Counted from the stretch's first letter, positions 20,391-29,743 are shown. The stretch: DNA of 64,000 bases from Planctomycetaceae bacterium UBA7805 (GCA_002480485.1 DLCF01000033.1:35990-99989), one strand, 5' to 3'. Translations and numbers: made by a program. The notes: generated from the letters alone by a model not told the origin.

Positions 20391-20461
20391 CGTGTTTTAT
20401 CTCTGCTTTATATAAAAATCTTCTACGATCTATTTCTTAGAAAAATTCATCGCCAAATCAC

Positions 20462-21559
20462 CTAATCCATCCTGATGGTCGAACTCAAAACTCGCTTTGC
20501 TTTTCTTCCACACCGCCAACTAAAATCTAGAACTCGATATTTTGATGAGAGTGGCACTATCATTTGACCGCGATACAATCGCCTTAGTTCACCTCCAAAC
20601 TTTCGCTTGAAGATAGACAAGTTGTTCGCTTTGTTTTGATCTAACGCGAGGACAATTTCTCCCACGTCAAAACTCTGATACCCTTCTTTTTGTGCACCAA
20701 TAATGGCGTTCCACATTAAAAGGTAGTTTACGCCTGATGCAAGATGCTCGCTTCTGGAGCAACCCGTCCAATAGAGGGCTCCGGTATTTTCTCCAGCATG
20801 GTCGTCATGCGCTGTATTTAAAAACCCGACCGCACGGCCGTCTGAATCCATACAAACCCACAGACTCGCGAGTTTGTTTACTGCCATACCATCTGCAATG
20901 CCCTGAAAATAAGTCTTGGGATGTGGCCTTACCCCAGTGCGCGTATAGGTCTCTTGATGAATTTCGTAGTAGGCAGCCACCTGCTCGGGCCAACTCGTCT
21001 TTTCCACTGTATACCCATCTGACCGAGCCTTCGTAATCGCTTGTCTGGTGCTTGAGGAAAGGCCAGACCAGAGATCGTCGTATGGAAGCGTCAGGTCGAT
21101 TATCACCGAAATTGTCGATGTATCTTCCCAGCCGGATAGTTGTAAAGAGTTGACTCCCGCATCATTACATAACTGTGATTTTGCGATTGGTGGCAAACTG
21201 CACTGCACAGTAGGGATTTGATGTTCTGCTGCGAAACGTCTGACTGCCGTCGCTAGAAGATCCAGATATTGACGCCTTTTTTTTTCGGAAACATTCTCCA
21301 GGACAAATGGGCCAGAGTGCCCCATGGCTGACGCTCGGGCCACTCGTTGACTCGGGGGGGTGCCCCTAGGTATCTGCAGAGGAATGCCAGCCACGATCCG
21401 ATCTTGTTTTCTAACGACAAAAAAATGGTTTTCTAAATCCCATACCTTAGCCGTCATACTAAGCCATTCCCAACGATGAAAGATCCAGGTGTCTTCCGAA
21501 GCAAATACCGTCGCGTTCCATTCACTCGGCTCGACGGTCGCGATTCGTTCTACATCCAT
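20462..21559 (-). CDS. FemAB-family / GNAT-like (Acetyltransf_6-type) transferase
   Basis: N-terminal IFHRWEWLSMTAKVW. C-terminal GVNYLLMWNAIIGAQKEGYQSFDVGEI...LSIFKRKFGGELRRLYRG resembles the FemA/FemB/FemX-type tRNA-dependent aminoacyl-transferase core. Confidence 0.65.
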   Translation of the reverse strand: MDVERIATVEPSEWNATVFASEDTWIFHRWEWLSMTAKVWDLENHFFVVRKQDRIVAGIPLQIPRGTPPSQRVARASAMGHSGPFVLENVSEKKRRQYLDLLATAVRRFAAEHQIPTVQCSLPPIAKSQLCNDAGVNSLQLSGWEDTSTISVIIDLTLPYDDLWSGLSSSTRQAITKARSDGYTVEKTSWPEQVAAYYEIHQETYTRTGVRPHPKTYFQGIADGMAVNKLASLWVCMDSDGRAVGFLNTAHDDHAGENTGALYWTGCSRSEHLASGVNYLLMWNAIIGAQKEGYQSFDVGEIVLALDQNKANNLSIFKRKFGGELRRLYRGQMIVPLSSKYRVLDFSWRCGRKAKRVLSSTIRMD

Positions 21560-21580
21560 ATGGTAAATTTCCTACCCGAC

Positions 21581-22429
21581 TTAAACCGCACAGCGATGAT
21601 TGAACGATGAATAAAAAGAGCGATTTCGGTCCATTACTTTAAATCTCTCAGGCAGAGCACCTAAACAGCTCTCGACGTACTGAAGCGTTGATGGTTCCAT
21701 ATACTCAGCATACTGACCGATTTGACCGCATCGCGTCTTCAGACCCTCGGTGCGCGTAACTTTCTTTTTTTTACGGAGCCAGCCTTGCTTAATCTGACAA
21801 TTAACCTCGATATTTCGCATATTGTCAAAGCGACCAAATGCAACTGCGTCTTGTAGTTGTTGCAAGCTTAATTGAGCTAGCCTTGCAAAATTCCATGTAG
21901 TGTCCATCGTGCTCAGTGGGTCTCTATGAAGATCTTCGTAGTGCACAATTATCTGGCCATCGGATTCAAACCACGCTGCGTCCCACGCACAATAAAATTT
22001 AATGAGCTTCTCCACTCCGTAGACTGGATCACGGATCATTGAGTCAAGTGTTCCGCAAAATCGCTGTGAACGAAAAGACTGATCAAAATAAAGCGATAAG
22101 AGTGTATCCCTCGGATCGCGCATTAAAAATACAAGCCTGGATTTTTTGGCTAATTTCGTTTGCACTTCTATTTGGCTTGCAGACTGCGTATTGAATTGAG
22201 GCATCGCATGAGACATCTGCACTAGAGGAACATCGTGTTGCCTCTGCACATCAGCATCAAGTGCGAAACTCCATTGTTTTTCTGGGATTCCATACGCTGC
22301 AACCAGCATCCGCCGCAACATCACACCAAACCAGGTGTTCCCGACCTTCGGATAGCCCACAACCAGAAGATGAGGGACGGATGGACTGCACCATTTTTCA
22401 CGAATTTTTTTTCGGAACAAATTAAACAT
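21581..22429 (-). CDS. Sulfotransferase-family protein
   Basis: 5'-PSB-like loop LLVVGYPKVGNTWF and 3'-PB-like FLMRDPRDTLLSLYF. Confidence 0.75.
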   Translation of the reverse strand: MFNLFRKKIREKWCSPSVPHLLVVGYPKVGNTWFGVMLRRMLVAAYGIPEKQWSFALDADVQRQHDVPLVQMSHAMPQFNTQSASQIEVQTKLAKKSRLVFLMRDPRDTLLSLYFDQSFRSQRFCGTLDSMIRDPVYGVEKLIKFYCAWDAAWFESDGQIIVHYEDLHRDPLSTMDTTWNFARLAQLSLQQLQDAVAFGRFDNMRNIEVNCQIKQGWLRKKKKVTRTEGLKTRCGQIGQYAEYMEPSTLQYVESCLGALPERFKVMDRNRSFYSSFNHRCAV

Positions 22430-22518
22430 ATCGAGATTTATATTCAGCAGATGAAAATGCTGTCTTTAGCGCGGCACGTAAAAACTTTCGAAGTAATATG
22501 TTTAAAATTGTGCGATTG

Positions 22519-23436
22519 TCATTGGGGGTAACCAACCGCTGCAAGGTCGCGAGCAAGCAATTCGGAAGTTCGCGCATTGCTTTCTCGGTACATTTTCTCG
22601 ACAAGGTCTCGATCCGCACGGCTTATTTGATAGCAGCTATTTCGTAATTTCAGCGGTAGCATTGCCGCAATTCGATTACGAATCGCAATTCGCTTATGTT
22701 TGTGTCGTCCCCGGTTACAGACGGCCTGAGTGGCGGTCGTTTGATTAGGATCTACGGATAGAAATTCGTTTAGATCAACAAGAGACTGGGGGCATTTCTG
22801 TAAATCTTCGAGCAAAAGAACTTGAATATTATCTTTTCCATGTGTTCGGTGCAGAGCCAGAATACATTGATCAAAAAAACCAGCCATAGACGCTGCCTGG
22901 CCCTCAGCAGTAGACAAAAAAGAATTCAGTGATCGATCTTGGTTAGAGAAGTATCCCCAATAATGATTGATCATCGACTCAAACCATGTAATTTGGTTGC
23001 GCAATACGATCAATACGCGCGCTGCAGGAAAACAGCTTTTTGTTCGACGTGCGATTTCTGCGAAATCGATACGAACAGGCCAGTGATCACTCGCAAGCTT
23101 GGGATCGAGCGCCCAATCAGCAGACCACCGTGGACCGGTTTCCTCTCGTGCGGTTGCTGAATGTGCTAAATCAAAATATTGGCCCAGCATAAGTGATTCA
23201 TACATTTCGATTAGACACCGAGTATCGGATGTCCGTCCGTCGGCTTTGCGGACTAAATGCTGGTAAATATCGGACCGTTCATGGTCGGATTGGCCTAACT
23301 GCAGACACCAGGCAAAACGCCGCCAAGCGATTTGAGGATGCTGTGTAAAATACGATCGTAGCGAGGTTGAACCCGCGCGCATTAAACCCAAATAAACAAC
23401 ATCAGGTTGATCGTCGCTTGACTTTGGACAATGCAT
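22519..23436 (-). CDS. Sulfotransferase-family protein (second, divergent)
   Basis: N-terminal VVYLGLMRAGSTSLRSYF (PAPS-loop-like) and LIVLRNQITWFESMINHY (RNP/RDP-type motif). Confidence 0.65.
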   Translation of the reverse strand: MHCPKSSDDQPDVVYLGLMRAGSTSLRSYFTQHPQIAWRRFAWCLQLGQSDHERSDIYQHLVRKADGRTSDTRCLIEMYESLMLGQYFDLAHSATAREETGPRWSADWALDPKLASDHWPVRIDFAEIARRTKSCFPAARVLIVLRNQITWFESMINHYWGYFSNQDRSLNSFLSTAEGQAASMAGFFDQCILALHRTHGKDNIQVLLLEDLQKCPQSLVDLNEFLSVDPNQTTATQAVCNRGRHKHKRIAIRNRIAAMLPLKLRNSCYQISRADRDLVEKMYRESNARTSELLARDLAAVGYPQ

Positions 23437-23565
23437 CCTTCAATACGCCGTGGTCGAAAACGAGCGAGGGAAGTAAGAGTGTAACTGGCCCGCTTTATTT
23501 CGAGCAAGGCAATCTCACATCGATAGCACTGATAGCATGACTCAAACGCAAATCGAATTTAACTA

Positions 23566-26298
23566 TCAGCGTATTTTCGTTCCGTTCGGCAGCCGCTGAC
23601 CTGCAATCCGTGCCTTCACAATCATTTTGAGTAATTTCTGAGCCTTTGAATGTTCTGGACGTCGTGCAATAAACCACCGAAGTTCCTGCTCTGCGTTTTC
23701 AAATTGCCTTAATTCGAACAGAATCGATGCCATGAGTAAACGAGAATCAAAATTACCTGCGTCGCAATGAATCGCTTGCTTAACACATCGGAGCGCATCT
23801 TCATTTTTTTCGATGTCTCGATATGCTTGCGTTAAGGTAATCCATAATCCGGTTGCCCTGCTCTCTTCAATCTTTTCTCTCCACAGCATGGACTCAAAAT
23901 GCTTATTTACGAACTCTATTTGCTGCTGATCACCGAGGATCCGGTAGGCTTGATAAAATTCCGGCAGGTCACCCGCCGAGGGCTCCAGCATCTGAATCAC
24001 AATATTGGCAGGAATTCGTTGAGAAAGAAGCCTCAGTAAATCTAATTTTCCATCAACAGAGCACTGAAAAGATTTTTTCCAATGCGCAACAGCTTCCTCT
24101 ACCTCTCCGGCCACAGCAGACTCTTTGCCCGCCATCAAAAGCACTTTTCCATCAAACGGTCGCACTCGCGTAGCCTGTTCGACGAGTGCTCGCTTTGCGG
24201 ACTCGTTCTTTCCCTCAAGAAACACAAGCTCCGCAAGGAACAGGTAAGCCTCCCCCTGTAGCGGGCATCTCATCACTGCCTCTCGCGCGTGCCAAAGAGC
24301 ACGATACAAAAGCTCCTGATGTTCGCCGATGGCTCTTCCCAACCATTCGCTTAATGCTTCTTTTGAGGGAAATTGTGACGCGATTGCGGCGTCGCGAATT
24401 TGTCCAATATCCATCGGATTGATGTTTGAGCGCTGCTGCGTCTGAAATTGCCGAAGGTAAATTGCCGCCATTCGTAAATGCGCTGTCGCATTGTTCAAGT
24501 CTTTTGAAAGATATGCCCGAATTTCTTGTTCCAGGATTGTGTCAAGTCCCTCAGCAATACGGAAAATTTCATTGTCATCTATTTCATTCGGCTTGAAACT
24601 ATTCAACTGTAAACCGACGCGATGACGCTTCCTCGCATACTTCACATAATTATCCCAGTGCCCGGATGCTTGCGCGGGACTCATCAGAAAATTAACAATC
24701 CCAATATTCAATACAACAACGATGACCGTAATTCCTATCCAGACAATCTTCGGAAGTGACACATTGCATTCTGCATCCGAAGTCCGTCGCATCTGGTAAA
24801 GTCGGCACCCGATTCCGCACAAAATCATGGTCCATGACATGCAGGCGGGAATATACCAGACGAAATCTACAATAGATTGTACAGCGCTCGCGCCGAGAGC
24901 AGCGACAACCGATGCAATACAAATTACCTGGACCTCATCGTGATTCTTTCGCACCGCCTGAACACACCAAAAACCACAGATAAGAAAAGCCAAAAACAAC
25001 AGAGCGAGACCAATAAAACCACTTTCGCTTGCGATCTGCAGGTAGCCGCTCTCTGCATGAGTGAATAAAACCGGAAAGGGGATTTCGAGATATGTTTTGT
25101 AAAAATCTTGATGTGTCCCGACACCATGGCCAAACCAAGGACGTGTTTCAATCGCCTTGATGTTGGCGCCCCAGATCGCGGTTCGCATTTGCTTGTAATC
25201 CGCTTGCTGAAAGGATAATTCCTTCACGGTGTCGATCTCTCGTACAAGATCATCGAAACCGTGGACGGCCAGCAAACATCCACCCAAGGCGATGCCCCCA
25301 AGCAAGTAGACAAGAATTTGGCGGTCCAAAACTTTCCGGCAGGCAACGGTGAAAGTAATGGTGGCTACCAGCATGGCTAACATGCCCCCTCTCGACATCG
25401 CGAATACACCGGTAAACGCGACAATCCCAACGCCAAGGCACCCAATCACGAGGGTTATAAAATTTGGATACTTACTGGTATTATTCCATCCCTCGCTGAT
25501 TTTCCCCGCGATCGGTTGTCGAATTTTTATCAGAAGCCAGCCTGCACACGATCCAAGGCCGAGGGAAAGAAGATGCGAAAAATGATTCGGATTTGTGAAA
25601 CATCCACGCAACCCATTGGCTTTTTTTATTGATGGATCCTGGACCCACCATAATATTTGGTCTTTGAAAAAAAATTGTGCCAAACCCAAAAGGGCAAGCG
25701 CAACAGACGAAAACGCAATCCACTGTAACATTTTCTGAACATCTTGAAGCGTTTCTGCCCGCTGCACGGTGACAAGGAAAGTGATGCCGTACGCAAAAAG
25801 TATGGCAAGTCCGGCTTTTGTTGACTGCGGATTCAGGGAAATATAAGGCCAATGGCCCCAATTCATTCCGCTTTCCCCGCTTTCATTCCATAACGATAGA
25901 ATATCGTTTGACGAGGGAGTTAATACGCTTATCCACTCTTGGGTAAGAGGAAATACCTGAAACAAAACCAGGAAACATGCCGCCAAGAACAACCATTGGC
26001 CGGCAGTCGATCGCCAGATCGCTCGTTTCAAAAGACATTGACGGGTCAACCAGGCTGCTGCCATGACGGATGCAATTGAAACATACACCAGTCGACCTAC
26101 CGGATGCCTTCCGCCCATAAAAAGCGGTGCAAAAATCAATATGCCGATAAAGCAAGCGTCAACAATCCACAACAACATCTGCGGGGCAAAGACATTTAAT
26201 GCGGGCAACTTTGAAGAGCGGCCCGAAAAATGATTTGATACCACCGTTTTAATTCCTAAAAGCAAAGGTCGTTGATCCGACTGAATCTTTGCGCTCAA
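23566..26298 (-). CDS. O-antigen ligase-like (Wzy_C) polytopic membrane domain fused to a C-terminal TPR domain
   Basis: About 540 aa with many TM segments and a loop block GHGVGTHQDFY...HAESGYLQIASESGFIGL typical of the O-antigen ligase/Wzy_C family. About 370 aa of TPR-like helical repeats follow. The TTG start is 4 nt after the wzc-like stop. Confidence 0.7.
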   Translation of the reverse strand: MSAKIQSDQRPLLLGIKTVVSNHFSGRSSKLPALNVFAPQMLLWIVDACFIGILIFAPLFMGGRHPVGRLVYVSIASVMAAAWLTRQCLLKRAIWRSTAGQWLFLAACFLVLFQVFPLTQEWISVLTPSSNDILSLWNESGESGMNWGHWPYISLNPQSTKAGLAILFAYGITFLVTVQRAETLQDVQKMLQWIAFSSVALALLGLAQFFFKDQILWWVQDPSIKKANGLRGCFTNPNHFSHLLSLGLGSCAGWLLIKIRQPIAGKISEGWNNTSKYPNFITLVIGCLGVGIVAFTGVFAMSRGGMLAMLVATITFTVACRKVLDRQILVYLLGGIALGGCLLAVHGFDDLVREIDTVKELSFQQADYKQMRTAIWGANIKAIETRPWFGHGVGTHQDFYKTYLEIPFPVLFTHAESGYLQIASESGFIGLALLFLAFLICGFWCVQAVRKNHDEVQVICIASVVAALGASAVQSIVDFVWYIPACMSWTMILCGIGCRLYQMRRTSDAECNVSLPKIVWIGITVIVVVLNIGIVNFLMSPAQASGHWDNYVKYARKRHRVGLQLNSFKPNEIDDNEIFRIAEGLDTILEQEIRAYLSKDLNNATAHLRMAAIYLRQFQTQQRSNINPMDIGQIRDAAIASQFPSKEALSEWLGRAIGEHQELLYRALWHAREAVMRCPLQGEAYLFLAELVFLEGKNESAKRALVEQATRVRPFDGKVLLMAGKESAVAGEVEEAVAHWKKSFQCSVDGKLDLLRLLSQRIPANIVIQMLEPSAGDLPEFYQAYRILGDQQQIEFVNKHFESMLWREKIEESRATGLWITLTQAYRDIEKNEDALRCVKQAIHCDAGNFDSRLLMASILFELRQFENAEQELRWFIARRPEHSKAQKLLKMIVKARIAGQRLPNGTKIR

Positions 26299-26302
26299 TC
26301 AG

Positions 26303-28666
26303 CTAGGCCGACTTTCGAAAATGTATCGATGCATTTTCTATCTCACTCACTTTCTGATCGAGGGGCCGCATTTGAAAGTTGATATCTGCGTAGTTATCTT
26401 CGGCATTCAATGTTGTCCCATCTGCTTCATCCAAACTGCCACTGTCATCATCACCATAGCCATAGCCATACCCATATCCCTCGCCTTCACCGAAATTATA
26501 TCCTTTGCCGTTTTCGGCTTTGATACAGTTGGCTACCAGACCATACACCGGGATTTTCATTTCAGAGAGGTTTTGTGCTGCTCGGAATACAACTTTACGC
26601 CGATTCTTTTCTGGTCGGACAACTATCACCATGCCATCCGTAATGCGGCCTACAAGAACTGCGTCACTCGCAACAAGAGTTGGGGGACAATCTACTAGAA
26701 TTTGGTCGTATTCTCCCTCCGCCCAAGCGAGTATTTGCGCAAGTCGATCGCTTGCCAGTAATTCAGACGGATTCTGTCGTCTCGGACCTGCAGGCAACAC
26801 GTCAAGATTTGCAGCTGCGGTGGGCACAACGTGACCTGGAATTATCTCTTGAATTGGGTCATCTGCAGCCAAAACATCCGACAGACCACGATGGCTTTTT
26901 AAGTCAAGTAACCGAGTCAATCCAGGCCGCCGCAGATCACCATCGATCAAAAGCGTCCTCTTTCCGGACTGGGCATAAACAACCGCCAAATTTGCGATGA
27001 CAGTGGTCTTACCGTCACCCGGCTCTGAACTAGTTAATGCAAGACGAGTTGACTCAGCTGCTGAAAGTGCCAAAGAGGTTCGCAACGTGCGAAAAGATTC
27101 CACGAAAACTGACGCGGGATCATTGTAGGCTGAAACCTTTTCAATCCCCTTACCACCAAGCTCTGGTAAAGCACGAACCAGGCTAATAATCGGATAGCCA
27201 ACGCGTTTACTCATCTCATCAGGTGTTCGAAATCGATCATCAATTGTGTCTTGAACATACACCAAGGCGAACCCGATGCCGATAGTTGCCAAAAACCAGA
27301 AAACGATCACTCTGGAAAGCCGAGGGGATACAATCTGTCCAGACGCTGCAGCTTCTTTTATGATTGTTGCGCGAATTTCACCCTCACCGTGACGCAGGTC
27401 GACGCTTGCGATTTGGTCAATGATTGCATCGTGAAGTCGACGCAAACGCATGACGTTCTGCTCAAGCATGGTGATATGCGCCGTGTCGCGCTGATGCGTG
27501 ACTGCCTTAAATCGCGCTTCCTCGAGACTTGCATGCAAAATCGATTCTTTTTGCTTAGCTTTGTTAAGACCCTGCTGTGCCATTCGTAACAGCACAGGAC
27601 CCAATTGGTTCGACTCCAAATTGTCTACCTGGGTTTTGAGTTGTGCATCGTGATATTCAATGTACTGCTTGGTCGTTTGAATTCGATTTTGTATTTCAAT
27701 AATTTTAGGATGCGACGGGCCGAAATCACTACTTAGCGATTTTAGCCGTGCGATATCTTCAATCAGGCCCTGCTCCAACTGGCTCCGCGTATGAATCGTG
27801 TCTGTGCTGAATCCGAGTCCTTTGGCCAAAAGCTCGCGTCCAAGAGTCTCTTCAATCGCCATCGCATATTGTTTTAGATCTTCTCCTCGAACGATTGCTC
27901 TCTGAATACCCTCTACCAAAGATTGTTGAACGAGCCGATCCTTCTTTGCGTCAAGAAAAGCCTCGTTGAGGGTAACCACCGTCTGAACGACGGGATGAAT
28001 AACATCTGACTCAGGATCAATACTAAAATCTCCCGCTGCAAGGCGCGCGTCAGCAAGCTTTACCTCTTCTGCCGAGAGTTGTCGTGCGAGATTATCTTTC
28101 TCACGAGTCATCACCTGAATAATTTTTGTCGCAGTGCCCTGATGGGTTTGATCGACAAATTGTAAATACGATTGAATTACGGCATTCACCATCGCAACAG
28201 CATTTTTGGGTTGAGTGGAGGTGGCACTGATATTCAAAACCGTTGTGCTTCTGACCACGTGCGTTGAGATTTTACTTGCCAATTCACGATGCCACGATTC
28301 CCGATTTCCCTTAAATTCTTGCAGGCACTCAGAGGGGATGTGTTGAATCGCGTTCTCCAACACCGGTTGGCTTACGATTAGTTGTTGATGTGTCGGCATC
28401 AGTTGTTGGTCATTTCGATTGACCCCTAATACATTGCCATGATCTGCACTGCCGTTTTGCACTATCAGAACCGACGTTGAGGACTGATAATATCGCGTTG
28501 CTGTCGCGGCATACCAAGCAGCGACAATTGCACAAACGATGCCCACCACGAGCATCGAATTTCGCCTGTACCAGACAATCTTGAGAAACTGAAAGACATC
28601 ATGGATGGCCCCAGCCGCATTCGTCAGGGGCAATTCATACGCTCCGTCGTCTGTCTCAACCGACAT
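26303..28666 (-). CDS. Polysaccharide co-polymerase / tyrosine autokinase (Wzc / GumC-EpsG type)
   Basis: N-terminal Wzz-like TM plus a long coiled periplasmic region and a second TM. Then a CpsD/BY-kinase domain (LTSSEPGDGKTTVIANLAVVYAQSGKRTLLIDGDLRRP) and a Tyr cluster GEGEGYGYGYGYGDDD. Start is ATG 28666 or GTG 28669. Confidence 0.85.
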   Translation of the reverse strand: MSVETDDGAYELPLTNAAGAIHDVFQFLKIVWYRRNSMLVVGIVCAIVAAWYAATATRYYQSSTSVLIVQNGSADHGNVLGVNRNDQQLMPTHQQLIVSQPVLENAIQHIPSECLQEFKGNRESWHRELASKISTHVVRSTTVLNISATSTQPKNAVAMVNAVIQSYLQFVDQTHQGTATKIIQVMTREKDNLARQLSAEEVKLADARLAAGDFSIDPESDVIHPVVQTVVTLNEAFLDAKKDRLVQQSLVEGIQRAIVRGEDLKQYAMAIEETLGRELLAKGLGFSTDTIHTRSQLEQGLIEDIARLKSLSSDFGPSHPKIIEIQNRIQTTKQYIEYHDAQLKTQVDNLESNQLGPVLLRMAQQGLNKAKQKESILHASLEEARFKAVTHQRDTAHITMLEQNVMRLRRLHDAIIDQIASVDLRHGEGEIRATIIKEAAASGQIVSPRLSRVIVFWFLATIGIGFALVYVQDTIDDRFRTPDEMSKRVGYPIISLVRALPELGGKGIEKVSAYNDPASVFVESFRTLRTSLALSAAESTRLALTSSEPGDGKTTVIANLAVVYAQSGKRTLLIDGDLRRPGLTRLLDLKSHRGLSDVLAADDPIQEIIPGHVVPTAAANLDVLPAGPRRQNPSELLASDRLAQILAWAEGEYDQILVDCPPTLVASDAVLVGRITDGMVIVVRPEKNRRKVVFRAAQNLSEMKIPVYGLVANCIKAENGKGYNFGEGEGYGYGYGYGDDDSGSLDEADGTTLNAEDNYADINFQMRPLDQKVSEIENASIHFRKSA

Positions 28667-28681
28667 CACTCGACCTTTCGA

Positions 28682-29743
28682 TTAAAACATCGGAACTTGA
28701 GTCGTGGCACCAACGCCAAAATTGACAAACCGGTCGAAAACATCAAATGCGACCGTGAGCGGTGTCCGCTCCACACTGACAACATCTCCTGAGGCAAGTC
28801 GAATGTTTTCGCGCCGCACTCTTTTTGCCTTGTGATAACTGACCTTAATGACCTGCGCTTCGGGTTTACCGGGAATACGGCGGATCACGTAGATTTTATC
28901 TGCCACCGGGGAGGTCAAGCCTCCCGCCATACCGATGACATCAAGCACATGAAGGTCGCGGTCAGATGGCAACTTGTAATCTGCCGGTTTTTTGACAAGC
29001 CCGAGCACGGTGACCGGATTTTGGTCCATCTCCGGAACCATCACAACATCACCGTCTTTCAAATTCACGCCCCGACCAGCGTTGCTTGCCGTCACGAGAT
29101 TAATTTTCACGCTACGGGAGACTGGTTGCACATGCTGATTCGCGTCATTGTAATTCGCTAATCTGTTCTGCCGTTGGCGATTTAAAGGGAAATGCTGTTT
29201 TGCAGGTGAGCGCACCTCAATGTTCGTGGCCGCATTGGAGGTCAAACCTCCGGCCGCAACAAATGCCGTGAGAAGGTTGGAAGAGCTACGAGGCAATTCG
29301 TAGGTTCCTGGATTCTCTACTGCACCAATCACAGTTACCTTGTTGGCATCTTTCGTTTCAAGGACGACTGTCACGTGGGGATTTACATATACACCACCGG
29401 CCATCGCCTGTTGCCGAATAATCTGCTCCGCCTGCTCGACACGCATCCCGGCAAGCGGAATTGATCCGAGCAATGGTACCAATGCGGTTCCATCCGCATT
29501 GATTCGAATTGGAATCGACAAAGGACCTTGATCACTCGCACCGGCAACAATTGTTACTTCAATGACGTCACCGATCTCGATAAAGTCTTTGGTCGATGCA
29601 AATCCGGATAGTCGAGATAGATCAATCGCCTTTGCATTTGTCACGTGGGGTGCTACCAGATCTTTCGGTAAATGCTTTGGGGTGATCACCCGACGATAGC
29701 AACCACTGCCGACGAGCAATGCAATTGCGAGAAGCCATGGCAT
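28682..29743 (-). CDS. Polysaccharide export protein (Wza-like; Poly_export + SLBB repeats), lipoprotein
   Basis: ATG 29743 gives MPWLLAIALLVGSGC (lipobox). Repeated SLBB-like blocks: VTVIGAVENPGTYELP, VTVLGLVKKPADYKLP. It ends 12 nt before the wzc-like start. Confidence 0.8.
   Translation of the reverse strand: MPWLLAIALLVGSGCYRRVITPKHLPKDLVAPHVTNAKAIDLSRLSGFASTKDFIEIGDVIEVTIVAGASDQGPLSIPIRINADGTALVPLLGSIPLAGMRVEQAEQIIRQQAMAGGVYVNPHVTVVLETKDANKVTVIGAVENPGTYELPRSSSNLLTAFVAAGGLTSNAATNIEVRSPAKQHFPLNRQRQNRLANYNDANQHVQPVSRSVKINLVTASNAGRGVNLKDGDVVMVPEMDQNPVTVLGLVKKPADYKLPSDRDLHVLDVIGMAGGLTSPVADKIYVIRRIPGKPEAQVIKVSYHKAKRVRRENIRLASGDVVSVERTPLTVAFDVFDRFVNFGVGATTQVPMF

Noticed and set aside
26453-26479. 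A short tandem DNA repeat (ATAGCC-like units) that looks like a microsatellite or mini-array.
   Set aside because: It is the coding sequence of the (GY)4 tyrosine cluster of the Wzc-type kinase. It is not a CRISPR or regulatory repeat.
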